A program made the position numbers and the translations under genes. DNA of 64,000 bases, from contig JANQNF010000024.1 of NCBI GenBank assembly GCA_028279705.1, forward strand, positions 269,011 through 333,010, read 5' to 3'. The first letter of the stretch is position 1. Every line of letters starts with the position of its first letter. Of this stretch, positions 27,001 to 35,193 are shown in pieces. This DNA comes from an archaeon (GTDB taxonomy: Archaea; Aenigmatarchaeota; Aenigmatarchaeia; QMZP01; JAFGSV01). A model generated the notes under the pieces. It saw only the letters and a list, made by a program, of their open reading frames with translations. It did no database searches and was not told where the DNA came from.

Positions 27001-27661
27001 GACGCTCCTTTCAAGGTTCGACCTCAAGTTCACGCTAAGGGACGTTCCCGAAAGCAAGGCTGACAAAAAGATCGTCGAGCACGTACTCAAGAGCAGGCAT
27101 GAAGCTGACATCATAAAGCCTGCGATAGTGCCTTCAATGGTGAGGAAGTACATAGCATATGCAAAGGAAAACTGCTTCCCCCAGATGACGCCTGACGTAA
27201 GCAAGCTCCTGAAGAACTTCTATGTGAAGACTAGGTCAAGGGCAGAGGGCGGCGGGCCCGTCCCCATAACACTCAGGCAGTTTGAGGCACTCATGAGGCT
27301 TGCGGAGGCTTCCGCAAGGGTAAGACTTTCAAATGACATAACAAAGGATGACGCAAACAGGGCGATAAGGCTCATGAAAGACTCACTCCGGGATCTTGGC
27401 TACGATACCGAGACAGGTGAGATTGACATAGATAAAAGCGAAGGTGCTACATCCTTTAGCGAAAGGTCCAAGATAACGAGGATACTCAACATGATAGATG
27501 AGCTTTCCGGCGACAGCAAGGAGATCGTCCCTGTAGCAAAGCTCAAGGACAACGCTGCAAAGGACGGCATAGAGTCCGGCGAAGTCGATGACATAATCGA
27601 AAGGCTCAAGAGGGACGGTGTATTGTTCGAGCCAAACCCTGGGTACATCCAGAGGCCATGA
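24035..27661 (+). CDS. mcm: MCM replicative helicase (intein-containing)
   Basis: Zn finger, Walker A GDPSAGKSQ, AGLTA, LEAGALVLA, Walker B SIDEFEKM, LLSRFDL, ITLRQFE, C-terminal wHTH. Confidence 0.97.
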   Translation: MSRTNVSDSDVKPEAVEKFRFFLSDEYGKELYKAAEEEKSLLVNFDKLDKRFDDLSQMLLENPANFMKVADTAVSGIDLPGPVRVRFSGLPETSTVSVRDLRSKHIGKFICVEGIVRRASEIRPEIVAVDWKCHECDSVTRHPVNGTFISKPFKCGNVTDGRACDGKAFLENNKVMIDARWITVDEPFELTDGDKPSQVNIWLSEDLVSPDGRRMSDPGNRLKITGVLREVPKGKIGSVKLDFYLDANHVEPTDTTWEKLQISKEEEEQIKEFSKDPLIYDKLVASMAPSLYGLTHIKESVILQLFGGVPRKLPDGSNFRGDIHILIIGDPSAGKSQLLKLVPEIVPRGRYVSGKGVSTAGLTATVTKDEQFMGGWVLEAGALVLANKGLLCMHPETRIVADDAIMPFRSALNGNVQRAMCNGRPVEIGKSGSIVYSYDGSGVSSAVSDIVGRRRYRGKMISMLLDSGFSIDLTPNHPLIDGNSLGWKSAGDFIEGDYVLAPLKIPGNQKDALLIDLLPQDWNVCLSNEDKAELKIRISGKYATMSEFNSKYGFDRSVLSGGGQPDIKSFKKALSGLGIHDEWSRRVFKFGKKMAFIGPKTSKLTPELGYLLGFILGDGHVTRRGIRVIQSLKHADYIKRFTYCWDRTFDKKLRTYEYKTKANIRGRKVESDCVVMFSGNRTLVQLYECLVGSDMSNVLKMPDDVLRGFVAGCFDADGCLSSKVSRKNGREYEVVHSEILLSSDRQASLNFMMTLRRLGVYSRLVRAKGVYNVRITGRADVERFRNCIKEHSAKMRKCMPERKIKVSSAGSKVPAGLVRDFCQELIENVNTSELNAAGLSSTAYCYKNEKYMPSREQVQKLMKMFGSRVSGGMKKKMTALLQGNAFPDRVKKIRRYDYDGYVYDMTVPRTANFIADGVFCHNSIDEFEKMSQEDQVAMHEGMEQGSISIAKASIVATLPAKTSILAGGNPKFSRFDPMRSISEQIDIPPTLLSRFDLKFTLRDVPESKADKKIVEHVLKSRHEADIIKPAIVPSMVRKYIAYAKENCFPQMTPDVSKLLKNFYVKTRSRAEGGGPVPITLRQFEALMRLAEASARVRLSNDITKDDANRAIRLMKDSLRDLGYDTETGEIDIDKSEGATSFSERSKITRILNMIDELSGDSKEIVPVAKLKDNAAKDGIESGEVDDIIERLKRDGVLFEPNPGYIQRP
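25208..26800 (+). mobile_element. Intein with LAGLIDADG homing endonuclease in MCM (531 aa)
   Basis: Starts CMHPETR, block B LTPNHP, LAGLIDADG motifs LLGFILGDG and FVAGCFDADG, ends VYDMTV...NFIADGVFCHN followed by S. Insertion is immediately before Walker B. Confidence 0.95.
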
Positions 27662-27697
27662 CGAGCTTTTTTAAACGACTTCTGACAATATATTCTC

Positions 27698-27985
27698 ATG
27701 AACTGCCCGAAGTGCCAGGGAGGCACGTACCTTGCCGACGAGGACCTTGTCAAGGTGCTTGAAAATTCCACTCCAATGAAGCTTCTCATAAAGCAGACGT
27801 TCGTCTGCCGCGCCTGCGCGGAAAGGACAAGCAGGATAATAAGCGACGACATGGATGCGAGGAAGAAGGAGATTCAGGACGTCACTTCAGGCGTCCAGAC
27901 GGTTTCCCTTGCGGGCAACGCAGTTACTCCTGCCCCACCGACCGACCAGGCAGGTGCTGGCATACAGTTCCTCGACAGTGTCTAG
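27698..27985 (+). CDS. Zinc-ribbon protein
   Basis: CPKC ... CRAC. Confidence 0.75.
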   Translation: MNCPKCQGGTYLADEDLVKVLENSTPMKLLIKQTFVCRACAERTSRIISDDMDARKKEIQDVTSGVQTVSLAGNAVTPAPPTDQAGAGIQFLDSV

Positions 27986-28003
27986 ATTCTTAAAAAACTG
28001 AAT

Positions 28004-28034
28004 GTTTAAACTGGTGTTTAAACCGGGTTTAATA
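28004..28034. promoter_or_regulatory. Three phased GTTTAAAC-like palindromes
   Basis: GTTTAAAC at 28004 and 28016, GTTTAATA at 28027, upstream of the half-ferritin genes. Confidence 0.4.
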
Positions 28035-28067
28035 AGCAACTTCTGACAATCATAAAATACGGTAAAA

Positions 28068-28298
28068 ATGGATAACGAAGAGATAAAGAAAACACTGGAA
28101 CAGAGTCTTGAATGGGAAGACCAGTTCGTCCTGTCTTATGACAAGGATTTCATCTGGGAGCTGCTGCGATCGCTTGGTGACAACAAGTTCAAGCGGATAG
28201 AGCCGCTTCTTAGGGAAAACATTGCAGATACCCAGAAGCACCGAGACATGCTAAAGGAAATCCTTGAAAAGATAAAAAATGGTGAATATGCACTCTGA
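28068..28298 (+). CDS. Two-helix ferritin-like protein (half bundle)
   Basis: L..SLEWE...Y followed by I.DTQKH..ML pattern. Confidence 0.65.
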   Translation: MDNEEIKKTLEQSLEWEDQFVLSYDKDFIWELLRSLGDNKFKRIEPLLRENIADTQKHRDMLKEILEKIKNGEYAL

Positions 28299-28476
28299 CA
28301 CCAGGGAGATCCTAAGGGACCTCCTTGAACAGGAAGTGGCCGTAAGGGACCTCTACCTGAAGATCTTGAAGTACATAAATAACAAAGAGATATCTGACCA
28401 GATAAAGCTCATTATGAACGACGAGAACAAGCACATAGACAACGCAAAGAAGATGATTGCCATTCACGACGAGTGA
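28288..28476 (+). CDS. Two-helix ferritin-like protein (half bundle)
   Basis: LLEQE....DLY ... IMNDENKH (ExxH); overlaps the previous gene. Confidence 0.7.
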   Translation: MHSDTREILRDLLEQEVAVRDLYLKILKYINNKEISDQIKLIMNDENKHIDNAKKMIAIHDE

Positions 28477-28504
28477 GCATCCAACGAAACGTTTATATAC
28501 TACT

Positions 28505-28522
28505 TATGAAATATAATTCATA
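28505..28522. promoter_or_regulatory. ArsR/SmtB-type operator palindrome
   Basis: TATGAA-atataa-TTCATA abutting the ArsR start codon, downstream of TTTATA. Confidence 0.6.
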
Positions 28523-28827
28523 TGAAAAGAAAATCATACGATAACTTCTTCATTAATTTCGCCACGCGCTCGAAGTTCGACATAATAATGGCACTGAGGG
28601 ACGGGCCGCTCAGCGTGGGCGAGATCGCGGAGAAGGTCGGCGACGAGCAGAGTGCAGTGTCCCACAATCTCACTAAGATGGCCAGGTGCCACATACTGGA
28701 CGTGAAACGCGAGGGAAAGCAGCGGATATATTCCCTAAACAAGGACACGGTCATTCCCATGCTAAGAATCGTTGAAAAGCATGTGAAGCACTGCTGCGTC
28801 GGGAGGTGCGACAATGAGTGCAGATAA
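28522..28827 (+). CDS. ArsR/SmtB family regulator
   Basis: LSVGEIAEKV..EQSAVSHNL, KREGKQRIYSL, C-terminal HCC..RC..EC. Confidence 0.92.
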   Translation: MKRKSYDNFFINFATRSKFDIIMALRDGPLSVGEIAEKVGDEQSAVSHNLTKMARCHILDVKREGKQRIYSLNKDTVIPMLRIVEKHVKHCCVGRCDNECR

Positions 28828-29962
28828 GATTTACATGGACAGTGCGGCCACCACGAGGGTCGATCATGAAGTGATGAAAGCAATGCAGCCATACTTTTCC
28901 GAAGACTTCGGCAACATGGCAAGCCTTCATTCGCGCGGCAGGGAAGCCGAACACGCTGTCGAGAAGGCAAGGCGCGACATAACAAAGAAGGTCAACGGAA
29001 AGGACCACAGGCTCATATTCACAAGCGGCGGGACGGAATCGAACAACTTCGTCCTGAAGGGACTTGCTTTCGCAAAAAAGGACAAAGGACACATAATCAC
29101 GACCAAGATAGAGCACGACTGCATACTGAGCACTGCGAAATGGCTGGAGAAGAGGGGATTTGATGTCACTTACCTTCCTGTAGACAGGGAAGGGTTCGTC
29201 GATCCGGCAGAGCTTGAGGGCGCTATAAGAAAGGACACGATAGTTGCTTCAGTGATCCATGCAAACAACGAGATAGGTACTATAGAGCCTGTCAGGGAGC
29301 TTGGAAAGGTCGCACATGAGCACGACGTACTCTTCCACACGGACGCCTGCCAGAGCTTTACAAAGGTTCCAATAGACCTGAAGAAGGACAACATTGACCT
29401 CATGACCATAAACTCTCATAAGATATACGGGCCAAAGGGCGTTGGCGGTCTTTTCGTTCGCCAGGGTGTGAAGCTTGAGCCACTCCTTCACGGCGGTGGA
29501 CAGGAGTACGGCTTTCGGAGCGGCACGGTGAACGTCTCAGGCATAGCGGGTTTTGCCAAGGCTGTCGACATAATGAAGGACAAGCACGTCAGCCATATGG
29601 AGAAGCTGAGAGACATGCTCATCGACGGTGCCCTGAAAATAGATGCATCATGGCTCAACGGCTCGAGGAAGCAGCGCCTGTGCAACAACGCGCACTTCTC
29701 GTTCAGTCACATAGAGGGGGAATCGCTCATAATCCACCTTGACCTCAAGGGGATTGCGGCTTCCACGGGCTCAGCATGCTCTTCGAAGTCGCTGGAACCA
29801 AGCCACGTTCTTACGGCCATAGGGCTTAAGCCAGAGGAAGCGCACGGGTCCATAAGGTTCAGCCTGGGAAAGGAGAGCACGAAGGAAGAGATTGAACGTA
29901 CGCTTGAATCGCTCAGTGACGCAGTGGAAACCCTGAGGAAGATAAGCCCGTTTAAGAGGTAG
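28814..29962 (+). CDS. iscS: Cysteine desulfurase IscS/NifS
   Basis: IYMDSAATT, FTSGGTESNN, HANNEIGT, SHKIYGPKGVG, STGSACSS. Confidence 0.96.
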   Translation: MSADKIYMDSAATTRVDHEVMKAMQPYFSEDFGNMASLHSRGREAEHAVEKARRDITKKVNGKDHRLIFTSGGTESNNFVLKGLAFAKKDKGHIITTKIEHDCILSTAKWLEKRGFDVTYLPVDREGFVDPAELEGAIRKDTIVASVIHANNEIGTIEPVRELGKVAHEHDVLFHTDACQSFTKVPIDLKKDNIDLMTINSHKIYGPKGVGGLFVRQGVKLEPLLHGGGQEYGFRSGTVNVSGIAGFAKAVDIMKDKHVSHMEKLRDMLIDGALKIDASWLNGSRKQRLCNNAHFSFSHIEGESLIIHLDLKGIAASTGSACSSKSLEPSHVLTAIGLKPEEAHGSIRFSLGKESTKEEIERTLESLSDAVETLRKISPFKR

Positions 29963-29970
29963 GTGTCATT

Positions 29971-30372
29971 ATGTCAATGAATTATAGCAAAAAGGTGATG
30001 GAGCATTTCAAGAACCCGAAGAACATGGGTGAAATGAAGGATGCTGACGGCGTTGGGAAGGTCGGAAATCCTGTCTGCGGCGACGTCATGCACATCTACA
30101 TAAAGGTAGGGAAGAAAGACGGCAAGGAAATAATAGAAGACATAAAGTTCCAGACGTTTGGCTGCGTTTCTGCCATAGCTGTTACCTCGATGACCACGCT
30201 GCTTGCGAAGGGAAAAACGCTTGAGGAGTCCCTGAAGATAAAAAGGGACGACGTTGCCAGTGCGCTTGACGGGCTGCCTCCCATAAAGATGCACTGTTCA
30301 AACCTCGCCTCTGAAGCACTTGAGGCTGCAATAAATGATTACATGAAGAAAACCAAGAAAAAGGGAAATTAA
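29971..30372 (+). CDS. iscU: Fe-S scaffold IscU/NifU
   Basis: YSKKVMEHF.NP.N.G, GNPVCGD, FQTFGC, LPPIKMHCS. Confidence 0.96.
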   Translation: MSMNYSKKVMEHFKNPKNMGEMKDADGVGKVGNPVCGDVMHIYIKVGKKDGKEIIEDIKFQTFGCVSAIAVTSMTTLLAKGKTLEESLKIKRDDVASALDGLPPIKMHCSNLASEALEAAINDYMKKTKKKGN

Positions 30373-30416
30373 TAAAAGTCAGGAGGAGAAAGATATAGGA
30401 TTTAATGGTGATTTGT

Positions 30417-30632
30417 ATGGCAAAGATAACAAAGGACACGACGCTTGGGAAGGCACTTGAAGTCCCGGGCGCCGAGAAGATATTGGATCATTTCAACACG
30501 CCGTGCGTCCACTGCCCGATGGCTGCGATGGAGATGAACAAGCTTAAGCTTGGCGAGATCGCTTCCATGTACGGACTGGACCTTGAAGGCATGCTGAAAG
30601 AGCTGAACAAGAAAGCCGGGGCGAAGAAATGA
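30417..30632 (+). CDS. DUF1858-like redox disulfide domain protein
   Basis: ITKDTTL, PCVHCPMA, L.EIA..YGLD...LKELN. Confidence 0.8.
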   Translation: MAKITKDTTLGKALEVPGAEKILDHFNTPCVHCPMAAMEMNKLKLGEIASMYGLDLEGMLKELNKKAGAKK

Positions 30633-31162
30633 GGGTATTCTGTCTTACTGCAGGTTTCGTGGTTTTGGCATTACTCATGGCGTCTGGCTGCATAAGCTCC
30701 GCCGTACCTGCAGCCAAGGCTCCAGGCGTAACAATGAAGGATGCAGGGGCAGCAGAAACTCTCCCGGAAGCGGTAGATTATGTGCCTGAAGAAATCACGG
30801 TCGAGGAACCGGTGAAAGAAATGGCAAAAGAGCTCCCTGAAGGTGCACTGGTGTCTGTCACTGGAATAGAAACGGACAAGGACGTTTACCATTCCAGGGA
30901 ACTCTTGAGCTTCAATGTCACGATAGATTCCAGCGTCGCCCTCGATGACGTAACCGTGAGGGCCAGCGGAATAAGCGGCAAGATGGACATCGCTGAAATG
31001 GCAAGTCTTGCAGAAGGAGAAAACGTCGTGGAGTTTGAGTACACGCTTCCAAGCTGCAACAGGTGCAGTGGTATAAGTCCAGGTGACCACGAAGTGAGCG
31101 TGCATCTGGTTTATGGCGATGTGATAGCGGAGGATTCAATTGCGATTGAAATTCAACAGTGA
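30629..31162 (+). CDS. Lipoprotein with Ig-like domain and CxxC
   Basis: Lipobox MASGC; TDKDVY; LPSCNRC; translationally coupled to the previous gene. Confidence 0.7.
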   Translation: MRVFCLTAGFVVLALLMASGCISSAVPAAKAPGVTMKDAGAAETLPEAVDYVPEEITVEEPVKEMAKELPEGALVSVTGIETDKDVYHSRELLSFNVTIDSSVALDDVTVRASGISGKMDIAEMASLAEGENVVEFEYTLPSCNRCSGISPGDHEVSVHLVYGDVIAEDSIAIEIQQ

Positions 31163-31530
31163 TTAATATGGTACTATTTTGCATTCCGTGCCTGGCGCTT
31201 TTGGTCTATTTTCTAATCATGGGTATATTCTTCCCAAAATACCGGGTCTACATAAAGGAAGGCTGGAGATGCTTTTCCGACAAGCTGCGCGGCAAGAAAT
31301 GTTCAGTATCATTCGATAACAGGATGAGGCTCGCATTCAGCGCGTGGCTGACGAATCATAGGATGGTGCGACTTGGCCGATGGTTCAGCAACGAAAAGAA
31401 CTTCAACTGGTTCCTTATCGCAGCTACAGTCATAACAACAGTCATCACAATATACTTCGCAATACTTTTCATACAGTTCCAGCTTGACTCGCCTTGTGAT
31501 GTCGGCGACGTATGTACTGTTGATTTCTAG
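31159..31530 (+). CDS. Membrane protein with CIPC motif
   Basis: Two TM segments, FCIPC, C-terminal PC....C. Confidence 0.65.
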   Translation: MINMVLFCIPCLALLVYFLIMGIFFPKYRVYIKEGWRCFSDKLRGKKCSVSFDNRMRLAFSAWLTNHRMVRLGRWFSNEKNFNWFLIAATVITTVITIYFAILFIQFQLDSPCDVGDVCTVDF

Positions 31531-31531
31531 G

Positions 31532-32005
31532 TCACGCTATCACTGACGATATCCACGTTCCAATGTTGTGCGTCAGAAACACTATGAAAAGCATCAGTGC
31601 GATGTGTTCTGATATCGTCCATAGAGGATTCTTTTCGTCCCTCTTTGCTATGAAGAAGCTGAGTATTGTTATGAGAATGAGTCCCCATATGATACTTAAC
31701 GATATCGCTTCCTGAAGCGGCAGTACAAGAACGGGGAGAATGAAAGTTGAAGAAACGATGAATTTAGCAAGGAACGTGGACAACGTGGATTCCCTTACCT
31801 CCTTTGAGTTCTTCTCCGAGGCCTCTTCTGAGATGTGCATGCCAAGCGAATCTGAAAGCGAATCAGCTATTGCTATTATCAGTATGCCGCTTATGATCAC
31901 GGCAACAGAGCTCGTGCTCGCGTTCAGCCCCACCATTAGCGCCAGCGTCGTTATTATGGCAGTGGTCAGCCCGAAGCTGAAGCCCTTCTTGAAAGAAATC
32001 TTCAT
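31532..32005 (-). CDS. VIT1/CCC1-like membrane protein
   Basis: SFGLT..IITTL, AIADSLSDSLGMHISEE. Confidence 0.75.
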   Translation of the reverse strand: MKISFKKGFSFGLTTAIITTLALMVGLNASTSSVAVIISGILIIAIADSLSDSLGMHISEEASEKNSKEVRESTLSTFLAKFIVSSTFILPVLVLPLQEAISLSIIWGLILITILSFFIAKRDEKNPLWTISEHIALMLFIVFLTHNIGTWISSVIA

Positions 32006-32038
32006 GAGTATATTCTTCTGGCGTTTGCTTAAATGGTT

Positions 32039-32266
32039 TTACCAGGAGCTGATGCAATGATTTATATTCTGAAAATCCAGCGTGTTACTAATCTTCTGGA
32101 CGGATTTCTTGTCGGCTTTCAAATGATGACGGTCGAAGTATTTCCCGTCATTTTCTGAACCGTTGTAAGAGAAGCCCTCACCGTCGTATTCATTGAGCAT
32201 TCGGGTGATGTACCCATAAGAGTCCCTCAATGAAAATATCACAATGTTTTTCATTCCTTCACTCAT
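32039..32266 (-). CDS. Hypothetical protein
   Basis: 75-aa AT-rich ORF. Confidence 0.4.
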   Translation of the reverse strand: MSEGMKNIVIFSLRDSYGYITRMLNEYDGEGFSYNGSENDGKYFDRHHLKADKKSVQKISNTLDFQNINHCISSW

Positions 32267-32308
32267 GAGATTATACTAAGTATGCAAAAACTTTTAAGAT
32301 GATATGTC

Positions 32309-32701
32309 ATGACTAGAATAGGTATGACTAAAGTATTCTTTTTCGGGAGTCACAGCGACGGTGATGACGCTGCATTCAAATTACTTTCAGAGATATCCGG
32401 AAGGGTCCAGGGAGAATTCGTGAAATGCGAATCCCCAATGGAACTGGAGATCCCAAGAGATGGAAACCTGGCAGTTGTCGACGTTGTCAAGGGTATAGAG
32501 GATGTCACATTATTCACGGACATTGACAAGTTCAGGAAAGTTAAAAGCGTCAGCGCCCACGACCTTGACCTTGGAACGTACCTCAAGGTCCTCGTCGAGA
32601 CGGGTGAAGTGAAAAGCCTGAAGATAATAGGAATACCTCACGGGTCTGACGTAAGCGAAGTAAAAGGCAATTTCTTGGGCATGTTATCTTCCCAGGTTTA
32701 G
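32309..32701 (+). CDS. Divergent hydrogenase maturation protease-like protein
   Basis: FFG...DGDD.A, VVDVVKG, SAHD.DL, IIGIP; lies near hydA. Confidence 0.7.
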   Translation: MTRIGMTKVFFFGSHSDGDDAAFKLLSEISGRVQGEFVKCESPMELEIPRDGNLAVVDVVKGIEDVTLFTDIDKFRKVKSVSAHDLDLGTYLKVLVETGEVKSLKIIGIPHGSDVSEVKGNFLGMLSSQV

Positions 32702-32753
32702 TTCAAAACGAATTCGTTGAGGCCTTTTTAAAACTTTTCACGTAAAAGCTTTT

Positions 32754-33152
32754 ATGAACTATACGTCCCAGTATATGAAGTTCAGTCTTTATTTAAAAGA
32801 AGCTGGGAACGCAGCAAATAAGGGAGATCTCTTATCGACTAAATACAACCTCTTGATGATGAGGAATTCTGTTCATGACTGTGGCGATATGGATCTTAAA
32901 GAAGATGCAGAGACTTTTGAAAACGATATTATGAAGGAGTGTCTCAATAATTTTTCTACAAAACTTATGGGAAATTCATTCAAGATCGGTGTTGGTTATC
33001 ATGAAAACATTGAAGATCTTGACAGGGTTCCCGATATCGACTTTTTGGTAAGTTTAATGAATGGTAATGTTTGTGAATTAAAACCATACACCGAAGATCT
33101 CAAGTATATCGAAGCTGTACATGAAATTATAGAGAATTGTCATATGAATTAA
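32754..33152 (+). CDS. Hypothetical protein (AT-rich ORFan)
   Basis: 132-aa ORF; no motif recognised. Confidence 0.55.
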   Translation: MNYTSQYMKFSLYLKEAGNAANKGDLLSTKYNLLMMRNSVHDCGDMDLKEDAETFENDIMKECLNNFSTKLMGNSFKIGVGYHENIEDLDRVPDIDFLVSLMNGNVCELKPYTEDLKYIEAVHEIIENCHMN

Positions 33153-33160
33153 ATAGTATT

Positions 33161-34450
33161 CTATCTTTTCAGTTTCAGTTCAAGGAAATGGGTAGAACAT
33201 GAGAAGCACGGATCGTATGCGCGTATCAGCATCTCAAGCTTGTGCTTTATGCCTTCATCTTTTCCGTTTATGAGACTTGGCATGATCTTCTTTATGTCGT
33301 ATTCCATGTTCCTCACATTCTGGCAGGTCGGTGTCATTATGTTCGCATAAGTGCACTTCCCTTCAGAATCGAACTTGTAGTGGTGGTAGAGCGTTCCCCT
33401 CGGTGCGTCGCACGCTGCAACACCCTCACCGGCTTTCAGCTTCAATTTCGGCCTTTCAGCTTTCATTCCCTTAACGGCGTACTTTTCGAGCGTCTCGATG
33501 CCCTTGTCGCAGAAATGTACCATTTCAAGCGCCTGTGCGACGTTTATCATGAACGTCGAGAAGCTTGGGAATTTAAACGCATACTTGTGTATCAGTTCCC
33601 TGGCGGACCTTGACATATATTCTCCGCTTATGTTCAACCTGGCAAGTGCACCAGTCATGTAGGGCTTACCTCCGAATTTCGAGTATTTGGCCGTCGACCT
33701 GTATATGGTTTCCTCTTCAAGGCTCTTTATGTAATCCTTCACTTTGAAACCCTTACCGCCGAAGACACAGATGTCGCCGTCGTAAAGGTCATAGTCTTTC
33801 TTCTTAGCGACTGCGAGGTACTGGGTCTCGTTCTCGAATTCGGGATATGTGAACGAAGCAAATATGTCAACGACCTTCATCGAAAGCTTTTTCAGCTCTC
33901 GGAATTCCCCTATTATCCCGGAAATCTCTGCCTTCGAAGGCACCGAATTGAAGTGCCCGACCCTACAATTCACGGGGTGAAGCGGCCTTCCGCCGATCTT
34001 CTTCACAATCCCCGATGAAATCCTCTGGAGGTCTATTGCAAGTTTCATCACGTCCTTGTGCTTTCTTGCAATCTCCATGACATCACTGACGCCGAGGTAG
34101 TCGGCTGCCGCGAAGAAGAACAGGTGCGCGGTGTGGCTGTGTACGTTGCTTGCATGGAGAAGCAGCCTCCTCAGGTCGTGCGTCTGGGCTGAAACCTTTA
34201 TTCCCAGCGCATTCTCTACAGCCTTTATGGACGTCACCGTGTGGACAACCGAACATATGCCGCATATCCTCTGCGAGACGCTCGGTACCTCATCGTAACG
34301 CTTTCCCAGTATCATGTGCTCGAAGTACCTTGAAGGCTCATATACCGCTATTTCAGCCTTTTTGACACTATTCCCGTCCATTTCCACATCAAGCCTGGCG
34401 TGACCCTCGACCTTTGTCAGGCAGTCGATTTCATAGCTTTTGTGGCTCAT
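33161..34450 (-). CDS. hydA: Group 3b [NiFe]-hydrogenase large subunit
   Basis: TKVEGH, L1 QRICGICSVVH, APRGTLYH, L2 RAYDPCFSCSTH plus an 8-aa cleavable tail. Confidence 0.95.
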   Translation of the reverse strand: MSHKSYEIDCLTKVEGHARLDVEMDGNSVKKAEIAVYEPSRYFEHMILGKRYDEVPSVSQRICGICSVVHTVTSIKAVENALGIKVSAQTHDLRRLLLHASNVHSHTAHLFFFAAADYLGVSDVMEIARKHKDVMKLAIDLQRISSGIVKKIGGRPLHPVNCRVGHFNSVPSKAEISGIIGEFRELKKLSMKVVDIFASFTYPEFENETQYLAVAKKKDYDLYDGDICVFGGKGFKVKDYIKSLEEETIYRSTAKYSKFGGKPYMTGALARLNISGEYMSRSARELIHKYAFKFPSFSTFMINVAQALEMVHFCDKGIETLEKYAVKGMKAERPKLKLKAGEGVAACDAPRGTLYHHYKFDSEGKCTYANIMTPTCQNVRNMEYDIKKIMPSLINGKDEGIKHKLEMLIRAYDPCFSCSTHFLELKLKR

Positions 34451-35193
34451 TTTTCCACCTTCTCTCCCGTATACTTACTGAACATGAACGCTATGTGCTT
34501 TTTGTCAATCCCGTGCCCCTCAAGCAGTTTCGCTTCTTCCGCCCAGTTCCCGTCGTCAAGCGGTCCCCTGCAGCCGTCGCACGCCGTCCTGCTCGCCGGG
34601 CACGGCGCATCGCATCCCGCGTTGGTCACCGGTCCCATGCACGGTACGCCGTCCTTGAACAGGCAGCGCGTCCCGTTCTTCTTACATTCAACGCAGACCG
34701 GATAATCGGGCTCCCGGGGCTTCTTCCCGAGCAGCATGTCCCTGACGACTTCGACGACCTCCCTCTCGCTTATTGGGCAGCCGAACATCTTGTAATCGAC
34801 ATGGATGTGCTTGTGAACGGGATCGGCATGAGGATATGACTTGATCGCTATTTCCTTTCCGTAGACCATCTTATGATAAGCGTTGTGCTTCTTCTCGTCG
34901 GGGTTCCTCAGTGCGGGTATGCCGCCAAGGCAGGCGCACGTCCCAAACGCTATGACGTACTTTGCCTTTTCCCTCACTTCCCGCACGAGCTCTGCGTTCT
35001 CGTGGTTCGATACTGCCCCGTCTATGAACGCGATGTCGTAGCAGTCTCCCTTGGGCTCCTCATTCAGCATCCAGAAGTCCGTGACATCGATGTTTTCCAG
35101 TACATGCGGAAGCTTCTCGTTTGCAAGCAGCAGCTGGAAGTAGCACCCCTTGCACGAAGTCATGCCGAAGAAGGCGACCTTTGGCTTCACCAT
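34447..35193 (-). CDS. hydD: Group 3b hydrogenase small subunit
   Basis: TSCKGC, GTCACLGGIP, GCP, PVCVEC, CMGPVT.AGC.A.CP, CDGCRG. Confidence 0.93.
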   Translation of the reverse strand: MVKPKVAFFGMTSCKGCYFQLLLANEKLPHVLENIDVTDFWMLNEEPKGDCYDIAFIDGAVSNHENAELVREVREKAKYVIAFGTCACLGGIPALRNPDEKKHNAYHKMVYGKEIAIKSYPHADPVHKHIHVDYKMFGCPISEREVVEVVRDMLLGKKPREPDYPVCVECKKNGTRCLFKDGVPCMGPVTNAGCDAPCPASRTACDGCRGPLDDGNWAEEAKLLEGHGIDKKHIAFMFSKYTGEKVEK

